A stretch of 29,554 nucleotides of DNA from Promethearchaeota archaeon (GCA_048938445.1 JBHLME010000041.1:4704-34257); one strand, 5' to 3'; shown: positions 16,164 to 25,714, counted from the stretch's first letter. Numbers and translations: made by a program. Notes: a model not told the origin generated them from the letters alone.

Positions 16164-16365
16164 TTTAAATAAAAATTCTATGAGAAAGTACAGATATTCT
16201 AATTAATAGTTTGGCGAGATCTTTTCTATAAATAATTATTTCTAATATTATAAATAGGTTTTGGAAAAATTCAGTCCTTATGCCTTTAAATAACGCCAAA
16301 ATTAATAATAATTTGTCAATTTAAGTATAATTATAGTGGATATATAAAAAAAAAGTGAATAATAA
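16164..16365. promoter_or_regulatory. Divergent promoter region (regulator / sugar ABC operon)
   Basis: 202-bp gap between head-to-head genes. TATA-like TTTAAATA at 16285-16292. Inverted pair TTTGGCG (16210-16216) / CGCCAAA (16294-16300). Confidence 0.5.
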
Positions 16366-17721
16366 ATGAAACCTAGACAACAAACAGCATTATTCGTATT
16401 AATTGCTGTAATATCTACTGCAGGTATCGTGGGGGGTATCATGTATGTTCTTCTTAATCCTGCGACTCCAGAAGGGAACTCTATTGAAATATATCATTGG
16501 TGGACATCAGGTGGAGAAGCTACTGCAATAAACGGATTAATAGATGTATTTGAAGCGAATTATCCTGGAACGACTGTATATTCAGTTCAGATTGCTGGAG
16601 GTGCTGGAGCAGAAATGAGAACTAAAATCAAAACGTTAATGATTGCAGGAGAACCACCAGATACGTTTCAAATACATGCCGGATATGAATGGAAAATTTT
16701 CTATGAGGGAGGATTCTTGGAACCTATAAATGATATTTGGACACCAGAATTACAAAGTGTTATACCAGACGTTATAGAAGATATGAACAAAGGTCCCGAT
16801 GGAAATTATTATTCTGTACCTGTTAATATTCATAGAAGTAACTTAATCTGGTATAATAAACATATTCTAGATAACAACGGAATTGATCCTGCAACATTAA
16901 CAACGTGGAATGCATTTTTTTCAGCTTGCCAAACTATACAGGCTAATAATTTTAGTGTTTCAGGTAGTCCTGTTGCAATGGGGAAAACTTGGACAGAAGT
17001 ACATGCTTTCGAAACTATAATGGCAAGCCAAGGAATGAATGCTTATGAAGCTTGGATTAATGGTGATATTGATAGCACGGGGGCCACTTATTATCCTGAT
17101 CTACTCCAAGCTTGTATTGATTTCGACAACTTGACAAGTAATTATATCAATTCTGATTATGTAGGAATAGATTGGGACAGCGCTCTAGCAAAAATAATTT
17201 CAGTTATTTCACCTACTGCTGCTTTTAGTATAATGGGTGATTGGGCTGATGGAGAATTTCAACAGGCGGGATGGACATTTAATACAGATTATGGTGTAAT
17301 ACCTGTTCCAGGGACAAATAACACTTATGGGCTTGTAGTAGATTGTTTCGAAAAACCAAAAAATATCGAACACCCTACAAATGTGGGTAGATGGTTAACT
17401 ACAGTCAGTTCTGTAGCAGGTCAAGATGCATTCAATCCTTCGAAAGGATCAATTCCTGCACGAACTGATTGCAATGTATCACTCTATGGACCTTATCAAC
17501 AATGGGCAATGTCAGATTTTAGTATTGTTGATGCTTCTGGAACCTTTTTTCCATCAGTTGCTCATGGAAGTGGTATACCTGAAGAGTTTGCTACAGATTT
17601 AGGACCTATCATTGGATCTCTTACAGCTGGTTCAATAACTCCTGCTCAAGCAGCAACTCAAATTGTAGCTTTAGCTGTAACATATAGCACTGATTTCACG
17701 AGAATATGGGCGTTAGATTAA
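16366..17721 (+). CDS. Carbohydrate ABC transporter substrate-binding protein (glucose/mannose-binding type, CUT1)
   Basis: N-terminal TM anchor; 'EIYHWWTSGGE', 'PPDTFQIHAG', 'VPVNIHRSN', 'IMGDWADG', 'FNPSKGSIPARTD', 'PSVAHG'. Confidence 0.92.
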   Translation: MKPRQQTALFVLIAVISTAGIVGGIMYVLLNPATPEGNSIEIYHWWTSGGEATAINGLIDVFEANYPGTTVYSVQIAGGAGAEMRTKIKTLMIAGEPPDTFQIHAGYEWKIFYEGGFLEPINDIWTPELQSVIPDVIEDMNKGPDGNYYSVPVNIHRSNLIWYNKHILDNNGIDPATLTTWNAFFSACQTIQANNFSVSGSPVAMGKTWTEVHAFETIMASQGMNAYEAWINGDIDSTGATYYPDLLQACIDFDNLTSNYINSDYVGIDWDSALAKIISVISPTAAFSIMGDWADGEFQQAGWTFNTDYGVIPVPGTNNTYGLVVDCFEKPKNIEHPTNVGRWLTTVSSVAGQDAFNPSKGSIPARTDCNVSLYGPYQQWAMSDFSIVDASGTFFPSVAHGSGIPEEFATDLGPIIGSLTAGSITPAQAATQIVALAVTYSTDFTRIWALD

Positions 17722-17749
17722 ATGATGTATAATTTAAAATTTTTAAATC

Positions 17750-17762
17750 TTCTTTTTTTTTT
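17750..17762 (+). terminator. Oligo-T tract after the SBP gene (partial intra-operon terminator)
   Basis: TTC followed by T10 (17753-17762), ~30 nt after the stop codon, preceded by an AT palindrome at 17732-17748. Confidence 0.45.
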
Positions 17763-17800
17763 ATTATTGATTTAACTTAATAAATGATAAAGGTGACAAA

Positions 17801-18772
17801 ATGAAAGCATTGAAAAAAGAACACTGGAATACTAATAAAAGTATTTTAATTAATATAAATGGAATCCCTAAGACAAAATGGATAATGAAATCAATCTTTG
17901 CTAGGGATAAATTCATAATTAGGTTAATTTTCATTATTTCTTGTATTTTAATTATATATTTCGTTTATTTTTTCATAGTTTGGAATGTAATCGTGTCATT
18001 GACAGGTTGGGAAGGATTAGTTCAAACTTATGATTTTATTGGTCTTGAAAATTATTCTCAAATGAGCCAGGATTACGTTTTTTGGACTTCATTACTAAAC
18101 AACTTCATATTTATGGGAATATTTATCCCTTCTAGTATTATTTTAGGTCTTTTGTTAGCTATAATATTAGATCAAAAGGTTAAAAGAGAAGGATTTTTTA
18201 GGTTGATCTATCTGCTCCCCTATGCCCTTTCATTTGTAGTTACGGCATATTTATGGCAGTGGATGTTTACTAGTGATGGTGTATTAAATATTTTAATTGA
18301 TGCAATAGTACCTGGAACTATCGAAATATCTTGGTTAGGAAATCGCTATTTAGCACTTGTAAGTATTTCAATTGCTATGATTTGGCAATTTTCTGGTTAT
18401 GTAATGTTGGTTTTTTTAGCAGGAATAAGATCAGTTCCCCCTTCTATTATTATGGCTGCTAGGATAGATGGTGCTTCTGGATTTAAATTATATACCCGTA
18501 TAATTATTCCACAAATTAAAACTTCTGCATTTACAGCTTTTGTTATTCTTATGATTTTTACATTAAAAGCCTTTGATTTTATTTATCTATTAACTGGTGG
18601 TGGTCCGGGATATGGTACTTATATTCTTCCAATTATGATGTACGAAGAAGCTTTTGCAAAAAATCAATTTGCTTATAGTTCAACTATCGCTACGACCTTA
18701 TTGATAGTCGTTATGATGATAACCATTCCTTATCTTTACATTACATACAGAAAGAGGGATAATCAAAAATGA
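17801..18772 (+). CDS. Carbohydrate ABC transporter permease 1 (MalF/UgpA-like)
   Basis: 'FIGLENY', EAA-loop variant 'AARIDGASGFKLYTRIIIP', 'LTGGGPG'; AGGTGA SD upstream. Confidence 0.93.
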   Translation: MKALKKEHWNTNKSILININGIPKTKWIMKSIFARDKFIIRLIFIISCILIIYFVYFFIVWNVIVSLTGWEGLVQTYDFIGLENYSQMSQDYVFWTSLLNNFIFMGIFIPSSIILGLLLAIILDQKVKREGFFRLIYLLPYALSFVVTAYLWQWMFTSDGVLNILIDAIVPGTIEISWLGNRYLALVSISIAMIWQFSGYVMLVFLAGIRSVPPSIIMAARIDGASGFKLYTRIIIPQIKTSAFTAFVILMIFTLKAFDFIYLLTGGGPGYGTYILPIMMYEEAFAKNQFAYSSTIATTLLIVVMMITIPYLYITYRKRDNQK

Positions 18773-19686
18773 CTTTAGATAATATGATTGAGATGATCAA
18801 TTCAGAATTAGATAATGAAATGGTATTTTCTATAAAGAATAACTCGAAAACAATATTATTCTATAAAATAAAGCGAACAATTAAACGTGTGACCCTTTAT
18901 GTGTTTTTAATTATAATGGCAATTATAATGTTCATACCCTTATGGTCTGGAATCATAGCTGCTTTCAAATCTCAAGCAGAATTATCTTTAACATCACCGC
19001 TTTTACCCTCGTTAAGTCCAACATTAGATCCTCTTACTGCAGCTATGAATGAATTGATGAGACCCATGCTGAATTCATATCTATTCACGTTTATGGCAAC
19101 AATCGGATCTTGTTTGATAGGATCTATATGTGGGTTTGTATTAACAAAATTAAAATTTAAAGGATCTAACATCGTGTTTCTTTTCCTTATAATAGGAATT
19201 TTTCTTCCATATCAATCAATTATAATCCCTCTTTTTATAACAATAAGGGATTTAGGATTATATGATTCTCTATGGGGTATGACTGTGGTACACATAATAT
19301 ATGGAATTCCAATAACAACATTACTTTTTAGAAGCTATTATGAGAACATACCGGATAACTTGTTAAACGCAGCTAAGGTTGATGGTGCTGGAATAATGAC
19401 CATTTATAGGCGGATTATCCTCCCGTTATCTCCTCTACCTTTTGTCGTAGCAGCGGTTTTTCAATTTACAACAATTTGGAATGATTATCTCTTTGCTTTG
19501 ATACTCACAGGATCAGATTTTGAACCCGCTTCATTTGCACTTTCAAACCTTGCTGGAGGAACAGAAACAGCATGGAATAATACGATGGCAGGAGCTCTCT
19601 TATATTCATTACCAATTATATTTATTTTTATATTTTTAGGTAAATATTTAATGCAAGGATTAATAGCAGGAGCGATAAAAGGATAG
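18769..19686 (+). CDS. Carbohydrate ABC transporter permease 2 (MalG/UgpE-like)
   Basis: 'IPDNLLNAAKVDGAG', 'FTTIWNDYLFAL', 'GLIAGAIKG'; ATGA overlap with the previous gene. Confidence 0.93.
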   Translation: MTLDNMIEMINSELDNEMVFSIKNNSKTILFYKIKRTIKRVTLYVFLIIMAIIMFIPLWSGIIAAFKSQAELSLTSPLLPSLSPTLDPLTAAMNELMRPMLNSYLFTFMATIGSCLIGSICGFVLTKLKFKGSNIVFLFLIIGIFLPYQSIIIPLFITIRDLGLYDSLWGMTVVHIIYGIPITTLLFRSYYENIPDNLLNAAKVDGAGIMTIYRRIILPLSPLPFVVAAVFQFTTIWNDYLFALILTGSDFEPASFALSNLAGGTETAWNNTMAGALLYSLPIIFIFIFLGKYLMQGLIAGAIKG

Positions 19687-19698
19687 GAGTGATTTAAA

Positions 19699-20805
19699 AT
19701 GGTAAACGTAAAAATAAAGAATTTAGTGAAGAAATATGGTAAAACAATAGCAGTAAATCATGTAAATTTAGAAGTCAAAGATGGTGAATTATTTATACTA
19801 CTTGGACCATCTGGATGTGGAAAATCCACTACGCTTTTAAGTATTGCTGGATTGATTAATCCAGAAGAAGGTGAGATTTGGTTTGGAGATAAAATAATTA
19901 CTGATGCAAGTAGGAATTATTTTCAAAGGCCACAAGATAGAAACGTTGCAATGGTTTTTCAAGATTATGCAATTTATCCCCACTTGACGGTTTTTAAGAA
20001 TATTGCATTCCCTTTACAAGTTAGAAAAGTTGAATCAGAAAAAATTAATAAATTAGTTACTGAAGTTGCGAAGAGTCTAGATATTGAAAATCTGTTAGAA
20101 AGGAAACCAAGGCAATTAAGTGGTGGCCAAAGGCAAAGAGTAGCTCTGGCAAGAGCAATTGTTAGGCAACCTAATATCTTCTTGATGGATGAACCCCTTT
20201 CTAATCTTGATGCAAAATTGAGAGTATTTGCTCGAGCAGAATTAAAAAAAATGCATAAAAAATTAGGTATAACTATCATTTATGTAACTCACGACCAAAT
20301 CGAGGCATTATCTATGGGGAATACTATTGCTATTTTAAATAATGGTAATTTAGAACAAGTAGATACACCAGATAATATATATAATCGTCCAAAAAATATT
20401 TTCGTGGCGGGATTCATTGGAAGTCCCCCAATGAATATGATTGATGGTACTATTGAAAAAAATAATGATGAACTATTCATCAATGTTTATTTTAAAAAAT
20501 TAAAACTTAATAAAAATCTAGAGAAAGATAAATACATTATATATGATAAAATAATCTTAGGGATAAGACCAGAAGATATTTTATTATCGAAAAATAACAC
20601 CAATAATTCTGTCGAGGCAAAAATTGATATTATAGAACCAATGGGGAGAGAATTTGAAATTCATTTGCTTATAGGTAATAAACCAATTATTATGGTCTCC
20701 AAAATTATTGATGATATGAAGGTTGGTGATATTGTGTATCTCCATTTTAATAATGAAAAATTCCACGTGTTTGATAAAGAATCAGGTGAAAATATCTTTA
20801 CATGA
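19699..20805 (+). CDS. Carbohydrate ABC transporter ATP-binding protein (MalK/UgpC family, C-terminal TOBE)
   Basis: Walker A GPSGCGKS, Q-loop MVFQDYA, signature LSGGQ, Walker B FLMDEP, H-loop YVTHDQ, FIGSPPMN, LGIRPED. Confidence 0.96.
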   Translation: MVNVKIKNLVKKYGKTIAVNHVNLEVKDGELFILLGPSGCGKSTTLLSIAGLINPEEGEIWFGDKIITDASRNYFQRPQDRNVAMVFQDYAIYPHLTVFKNIAFPLQVRKVESEKINKLVTEVAKSLDIENLLERKPRQLSGGQRQRVALARAIVRQPNIFLMDEPLSNLDAKLRVFARAELKKMHKKLGITIIYVTHDQIEALSMGNTIAILNNGNLEQVDTPDNIYNRPKNIFVAGFIGSPPMNMIDGTIEKNNDELFINVYFKKLKLNKNLEKDKYIIYDKIILGIRPEDILLSKNNTNNSVEAKIDIIEPMGREFEIHLLIGNKPIIMVSKIIDDMKVGDIVYLHFNNEKFHVFDKESGENIFT

Positions 20806-21079
20806 TTTTTATATAACATTACTAAATCATTATAACAAGATAAAAATAAAAAGTTATAATAAATTAACCACAAAAACGAAAAAAATATAGTTCATTTGAA
20901 ACAGTGAGAGAATTTTTTATAACTTGGAATGTTCTATTAAAAAATTTATTGCTATAGAATTAGGATGATTTTTAAGAACATTTAAAAACATACTAATGGT
21001 TAAATGTGTTATTTAATATTAAAATAATAATAATAACATTTTTCTCAAGATACAGGTTATAACATGGATGAGGTGATTC

Positions 21080-22117
21080 ATGATGTCTGAAGAAAAAGAA
21101 AAGTATGAATTCTCAAAATGGACTGTAAAACAATTGAGAGAATTTAGTAGCAAAAATCATATAAAAATTCCCTCAGATGTAAAAAAAAAAGCTCAAATCA
21201 TTGAATTTCTTCAGAATATTGTGTCCCATCCAGATTTTGTTGACCGTTCGCAAGAAGAAGTAGAAGAAGAATTAGAAGAGGAACTAGTAGCTGATTTTGA
21301 AGAACAAAATGATTACGATCCAGCGTTGGAACATAAAGAAAAAATAGAATTAAAATTCTGGCAAAAACCTCCTTTTTCTAGCTTACTGGATGCTGAAGTT
21401 GCGAAAGAATCAAAAGTCGCGTTTTATGATTTATCCTCGCTCGTGGATAAATTCTTTGATCAAATGTTAAAAGAAGAGTTCATCAACTATAAAATATCGG
21501 GCATTGCTCTCAAAACTTCCGCGAGTTTACATCATTATAAAATATCCTCGATCATTCGGGAAGAAGAGGAGATTCAAAGAAAGGAAGAACTTGAAAAATT
21601 TAGACAAAGACACTCCCGAACAATACCAAAAGCTCTACCTCAGCCAATCCAACCTAAAATGCAAATTGCTACGAAAGATGAATTGTTCGAAGCAATGAGA
21701 TCTGCTATTATAGAGACAATGCAGAAGAAGGAAAAACTAAGAAGAATGCGAGAACGTAGGGATGAATTAAAGGCTAAAAGATTACAAATAAAATCCCAAG
21801 CAAAATTGCCTAAAGAACTATTAAAACACATCAGCGGTAAGGAGCAAACTGTTGAAGAGTTGCATGACAGCTGGTTAAAAAGGATTAAAGCAACTGCTCA
21901 ACTTGAAAATACAAATGAAACAACTTTCTATGAAATGTTAAATCTCATTAAAAACGATGAAGAAACAAGTTTAGGCCGAAAATTTGCTTTAGTAAAAATG
22001 TTTTTAGCATTAATGTTTCTCTCAACAGCAGGAGCAAGTGGAACGGGAAAGACTACAACTGAAATTGAATTGTCTCAAGACGATGATTTTAAAAACATTC
22101 ATATTAAATTAAAATAA
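21080..22117 (+). CDS. scpA: Segregation/condensation protein A (kleisin) with N-terminal HeH/SAP/Rho-N-like extension
   Basis: Kleisin-like N-region 'YDLSSLVDKFFDQM...NYKISGIALKTSASLHHYKISSI' and C-terminal winged helix 'VKMFLALMFL...IELSQDDDFKNIHI'. Immediately upstream of scpB. GAGGTGAT SD. Confidence 0.8.
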   Translation: MMSEEKEKYEFSKWTVKQLREFSSKNHIKIPSDVKKKAQIIEFLQNIVSHPDFVDRSQEEVEEELEEELVADFEEQNDYDPALEHKEKIELKFWQKPPFSSLLDAEVAKESKVAFYDLSSLVDKFFDQMLKEEFINYKISGIALKTSASLHHYKISSIIREEEEIQRKEELEKFRQRHSRTIPKALPQPIQPKMQIATKDELFEAMRSAIIETMQKKEKLRRMRERRDELKAKRLQIKSQAKLPKELLKHISGKEQTVEELHDSWLKRIKATAQLENTNETTFYEMLNLIKNDEETSLGRKFALVKMFLALMFLSTAGASGTGKTTTEIELSQDDDFKNIHIKLK

Positions 22118-22132
22118 AATTAAAATGATTAA

Positions 22133-23113
22133 GTGGGAATAGTGAACACGTTTGAAGAAGAAATAGACGAAGAAAATTCTGATGATTCCGAAGATGAAAC
22201 AGGAGAAGAATTGACGGAAGATAATGAAATAGAAATCATTTCTGAAGAGGACATTCAAGAAAATATTGAGGGATCAGGTGATGAAATAGGAGAAGAATTA
22301 ACGGAAGATGATGAAATAGAAATCCTTTCTGAAGAAGACATTCAAGAAAGCATGAAGGAGTTAGATGAACATGATGAAGAGACCCCTCCTCCGGATACAG
22401 AAGAAATTGAGGAATTAGTTGAGCAATCATCAACAGTCGAGGAAAAACCAGAAGAGTTATCTAAAGAAGACTTAGAAAAACAACTAAGAGAGTACCATAA
22501 AAATCTCATTGAAGCGGCTCTATATGCTGCCGGAAAACCGCTTAATGTAGAGATTTTATCAACTAAATTAGAAATTCCTAAGAGAACTGTGGATGAATTG
22601 TTAAATGAACTAGCTTTTGATTACTTGGAGCGTGATACTGCGTTAATCATCAATCAAGTAGGGGATAGCTATCAAATGGCCATAAAAAATGAATATGTTG
22701 AAAAAATTTCTAAATTCGCAACAGGAGGGGCAATCGCAGAAAAATATCTTAGAACCTTAACTATAATTGCTTTAAAGCAACCCATCTTGAAATCGATGGT
22801 CATTAAATTAAGAGGTTCCGGAGCTTATGAACATATAAAATATCTTTTAGATAATGACTTGATCGATGCGGTCAAAAAAGGGCGCTCTCAAGAACTCACG
22901 ACCACCGATAAATATGCTGAAATGTTTGGTTTACCTAAAGATAAAGAAACAATGAAACAAATGATGATATCTCAACTAGGGCTTGGTGATCTAGACAATC
23001 AACAGGATTCGGATTATCAAGCAGATGATAAGGAAGAATATTCAGAGCAAAACCAAGAAGAATATCAAGAAGATGAACAAGATGATATTCAAGAAGTTGA
23101 GAGTCAAGAATGA
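22133..23113 (+). CDS. scpB: Segregation/condensation protein B (kite) with long acidic N- and C-terminal tails
   Basis: 'LIEAALYAAGKPL', 'LRTLTIIALKQPILKS', 'LRGSGAYEHIKYL', 'TTDKYAEMFGL'. The start could be GTG 22133 or a nearby downstream codon. Confidence 0.92.
   Translation: MGIVNTFEEEIDEENSDDSEDETGEELTEDNEIEIISEEDIQENIEGSGDEIGEELTEDDEIEILSEEDIQESMKELDEHDEETPPPDTEEIEELVEQSSTVEEKPEELSKEDLEKQLREYHKNLIEAALYAAGKPLNVEILSTKLEIPKRTVDELLNELAFDYLERDTALIINQVGDSYQMAIKNEYVEKISKFATGGAIAEKYLRTLTIIALKQPILKSMVIKLRGSGAYEHIKYLLDNDLIDAVKKGRSQELTTTDKYAEMFGLPKDKETMKQMMISQLGLGDLDNQQDSDYQADDKEEYSEQNQEEYQEDEQDDIQEVESQE
22193..22349 (+). repeat. 87-bp (29-aa) tandem duplication in the acidic N-tail of ScpB
   Basis: 22193-22262 vs 22280-22349: DETGEELTEDNEIEIISEEDIQE / DEIGEELTEDDEIEILSEEDIQE. 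Confidence 0.92.
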
Positions 23114-25714
23114 TTATTTATAAAAATAGATACTCAATTCAAGCTCTTCTATAGATTCTTTATTATCAGGATTGTCTTTAATTGTTGATTCTTTAGCTTT
23201 TTCAATAATTTCCAATTTCTTTATCCTTATCGTGTTTTCAATATCTTCTTTCAAGTTTTTAAGAAATTGTAATTGTTTCTTTTCTGTTAATATTATTACT
23301 TTTGAAACTTCTTGATTTAATGGTATCTGTAATGAGGATTTAATAGTTCTTAGATTTTTAATTATATCAAGTCCAACTTTACCCTGTTCCGCTGATTCTT
23401 CAGAAAGATTTTCATAAGTTGATGGCCATTTCTCCAAATGAATTGATTTTTTATTATTAAAAGCTTTATACAAGATAGAATTGATTTCTTCTGAAATGAA
23501 CGGCATTATTACTGCAAATATCTTTAACATGCGATAAAAAAGATTTAGTGCATTTTTTAGTGCAAATTCTCGCTTTTTTTGATCATCTGAATAAAATTTG
23601 TATTTTATTGCCTCAATGTAATTATCACAAATATCATTCCAGAAAAATGGTCGTAGAAGGGCAAATCCTTCGTGCCAATTATATCCATCAAAATATTCAT
23701 TAATAGCAAGGAGCTTCTTGTTATATTCTGAAAAAATATAACTTTCAATGGGAGAAAGTTGTTTATCGTCAATTTCTATATCGTTAATCTTAATTTTATC
23801 TAAATTAATTTTTAAGAATCTATAAGCATTCCAGATTTTTGTTAAAAACCTTGATGCTCCTATTAATTGTTCATATCTTCTTTTATATTTATTATTAAAT
23901 TTATTTTCAGGAAGGCGTTGCATTTCTTTTTTGATAAATTCATCGCTTACAGGTTGTTTTGATTGTATATTAATCCAAGTATATTCGAAAGGGTAATCAT
24001 CACCTAAAGAACCCATTGCTCCCCATTGTCTTATGGCATCTGCTCCAAATTCCGGCATAACCTCATCAGGAGAAACGATATTTCCGAAACTCTTCGACAT
24101 CTTTCTACCATCAGGCCCTGCTACCATACCATTTATCATCGTTTCGGAAAATGGGGCTTTCCCGGTTAATTTTTTGCATCGAAATAGAGTATAAAACAAC
24201 CATGTTCTAATGATTTCATATCCCTGGGGTCTATGGACATTTGCTCTCATATAGGTCTTATTAAAGAAGTCATCATCATCCAACCATTTAGCAATGGCTA
24301 ATGGCGTGATGCTCGAATCAATCCAACAATCACAAACATCCTTTTCACCTTCTATATTTGAACTCTTACATTTTGGGCATTTTTTAATAGGAGATTGCAA
24401 TGTTATTGGGTCTAAGGGTAAATCCTCTTCTTTAGGAGCGATAATTTCTCCACAATCCCGGCAATACCAGAATGGAATTGGCGTGCCAAATACTCGCTGT
24501 CGAGAGATGACCCAATTCCAATCAAGGCCTTCACACCAATCCAATAACCTTTGCTTATGTTTTTCTGGATACCATTTCATAGCTTCTCCAGATTCGATTA
24601 TCTCTTGTGTGAAATCTTTTACGTTGATAAACCATTGATAAACGGGTAAAAATTCAATAGGTTTCCTACAAGACGAACGTTCTGTATGAATGACCACCCT
24701 ATGTTCATAATCCTTGATATCCGTGATTAATCCCATTTTATCCAGATCTTCTACAATTTTTTTTCTTGCTTCTAAAATCGTCATTCCCTTGTATTTAGAA
24801 TTTTCATTCATGTGTCCATCTTCAGTAAATATTTGAATTTCATCAAGTCCATGTTCAAATTTCCATTTGATATCCATTTCATCCCCGTATGTACAACAAT
24901 ATACAATTCCTGTTCCAAAATTCATATCTACATTTCTATCCATTTCGATTCGAACTGTACGGTCCGTTAAGGGGATCTTAACCTCAGCAGCAGAAAGGTG
25001 ATAATATCTATCATCATTTGGATGAATAAAAACACCAACACATGCTTCTATATATTCAGGTCGGGTGGTCGCAATAGTAATGTATTCATTTTCAGCACCA
25101 ATAATTGGTAATTTTAAATACCATAGCTTTCCCTCTTCATCTTGATATCCTACTTCTGCTTTTGCCACTGAAGTTTCACAATTCACGCAAAAATGAGTAG
25201 GAAATTTTTCTCGGTATAACCAACCCTTTTTATAAAAATATAGTAATGACCATTGAACCTTATATTTATATTCATCATCCATCGTGCGATAGGTGTAATT
25301 CCAATCCGTGGAATATCCCATTTCATCAAATTGTTTTGTCATGTTTTTAATGTTATTGTCCACCCATTCAATGCACTTTGTTAAGAACTTTTCCCTCTCA
25401 TGTTTTGAAATTCCATAGTTTTTTTCAACAGCAAGTTCTACTGGAAGCCCATGGCAATCAAATCCCTGAGGAAAGTAGACATTTCTCCCTTTCATTTTGT
25501 TATATCTTGCAACAAAATCTATCCAGGAGTGGTTTAAAATATGCCCTAAATGTAATGTTCCGCTTACAAACGGAGGAGGCGTGTCAATTGTAAAGATATT
25601 CTTGCCCTCTTTAATGTCAAAATTATTGATTTTTTCCTTACGCCAATAATCTGTCCACTTTTTTTGGACTTCATCAAATCGAAATCTTTTTGGATATGCA
25701 GTTTCTTGTGTCAT
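23114..25714 (-). CDS. valS: Valine--tRNA ligase (archaeal type)
   Basis: 'IDTPPPFVSGTLHLGH' (HIGH), 'GFDCHGLP', 'IATTRPE', 'FGTGIV', 'WNWVISRQRVFGTPIP', 'RPQGYEIIRTW', KMSKS. No bacterial C-terminal coiled-coil arm. Its stop abuts the scpB stop with no gap. Confidence 0.96.
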   Translation of the reverse strand: MTQETAYPKRFRFDEVQKKWTDYWRKEKINNFDIKEGKNIFTIDTPPPFVSGTLHLGHILNHSWIDFVARYNKMKGRNVYFPQGFDCHGLPVELAVEKNYGISKHEREKFLTKCIEWVDNNIKNMTKQFDEMGYSTDWNYTYRTMDDEYKYKVQWSLLYFYKKGWLYREKFPTHFCVNCETSVAKAEVGYQDEEGKLWYLKLPIIGAENEYITIATTRPEYIEACVGVFIHPNDDRYYHLSAAEVKIPLTDRTVRIEMDRNVDMNFGTGIVYCCTYGDEMDIKWKFEHGLDEIQIFTEDGHMNENSKYKGMTILEARKKIVEDLDKMGLITDIKDYEHRVVIHTERSSCRKPIEFLPVYQWFINVKDFTQEIIESGEAMKWYPEKHKQRLLDWCEGLDWNWVISRQRVFGTPIPFWYCRDCGEIIAPKEEDLPLDPITLQSPIKKCPKCKSSNIEGEKDVCDCWIDSSITPLAIAKWLDDDDFFNKTYMRANVHRPQGYEIIRTWLFYTLFRCKKLTGKAPFSETMINGMVAGPDGRKMSKSFGNIVSPDEVMPEFGADAIRQWGAMGSLGDDYPFEYTWINIQSKQPVSDEFIKKEMQRLPENKFNNKYKRRYEQLIGASRFLTKIWNAYRFLKINLDKIKINDIEIDDKQLSPIESYIFSEYNKKLLAINEYFDGYNWHEGFALLRPFFWNDICDNYIEAIKYKFYSDDQKKREFALKNALNLFYRMLKIFAVIMPFISEEINSILYKAFNNKKSIHLEKWPSTYENLSEESAEQGKVGLDIIKNLRTIKSSLQIPLNQEVSKVIILTEKKQLQFLKNLKEDIENTIRIKKLEIIEKAKESTIKDNPDNKESIEELELSIYFYK

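Noticed and set aside
16210-16300. TTTGGCG resembles a eukaryotic E2F site
   Set aside because: A 7-bp match only, with no E2F/DP-like gene evident. Treated as a generic candidate operator.
22031-22054. Walker A-like GASGTGKT near the ScpA C-terminus
   Set aside because: It is a short loop insertion in the kleisin winged helix, preceded by a helix rather than a beta strand, with no Walker B and no room for an NTPase fold. Probably coincidental.
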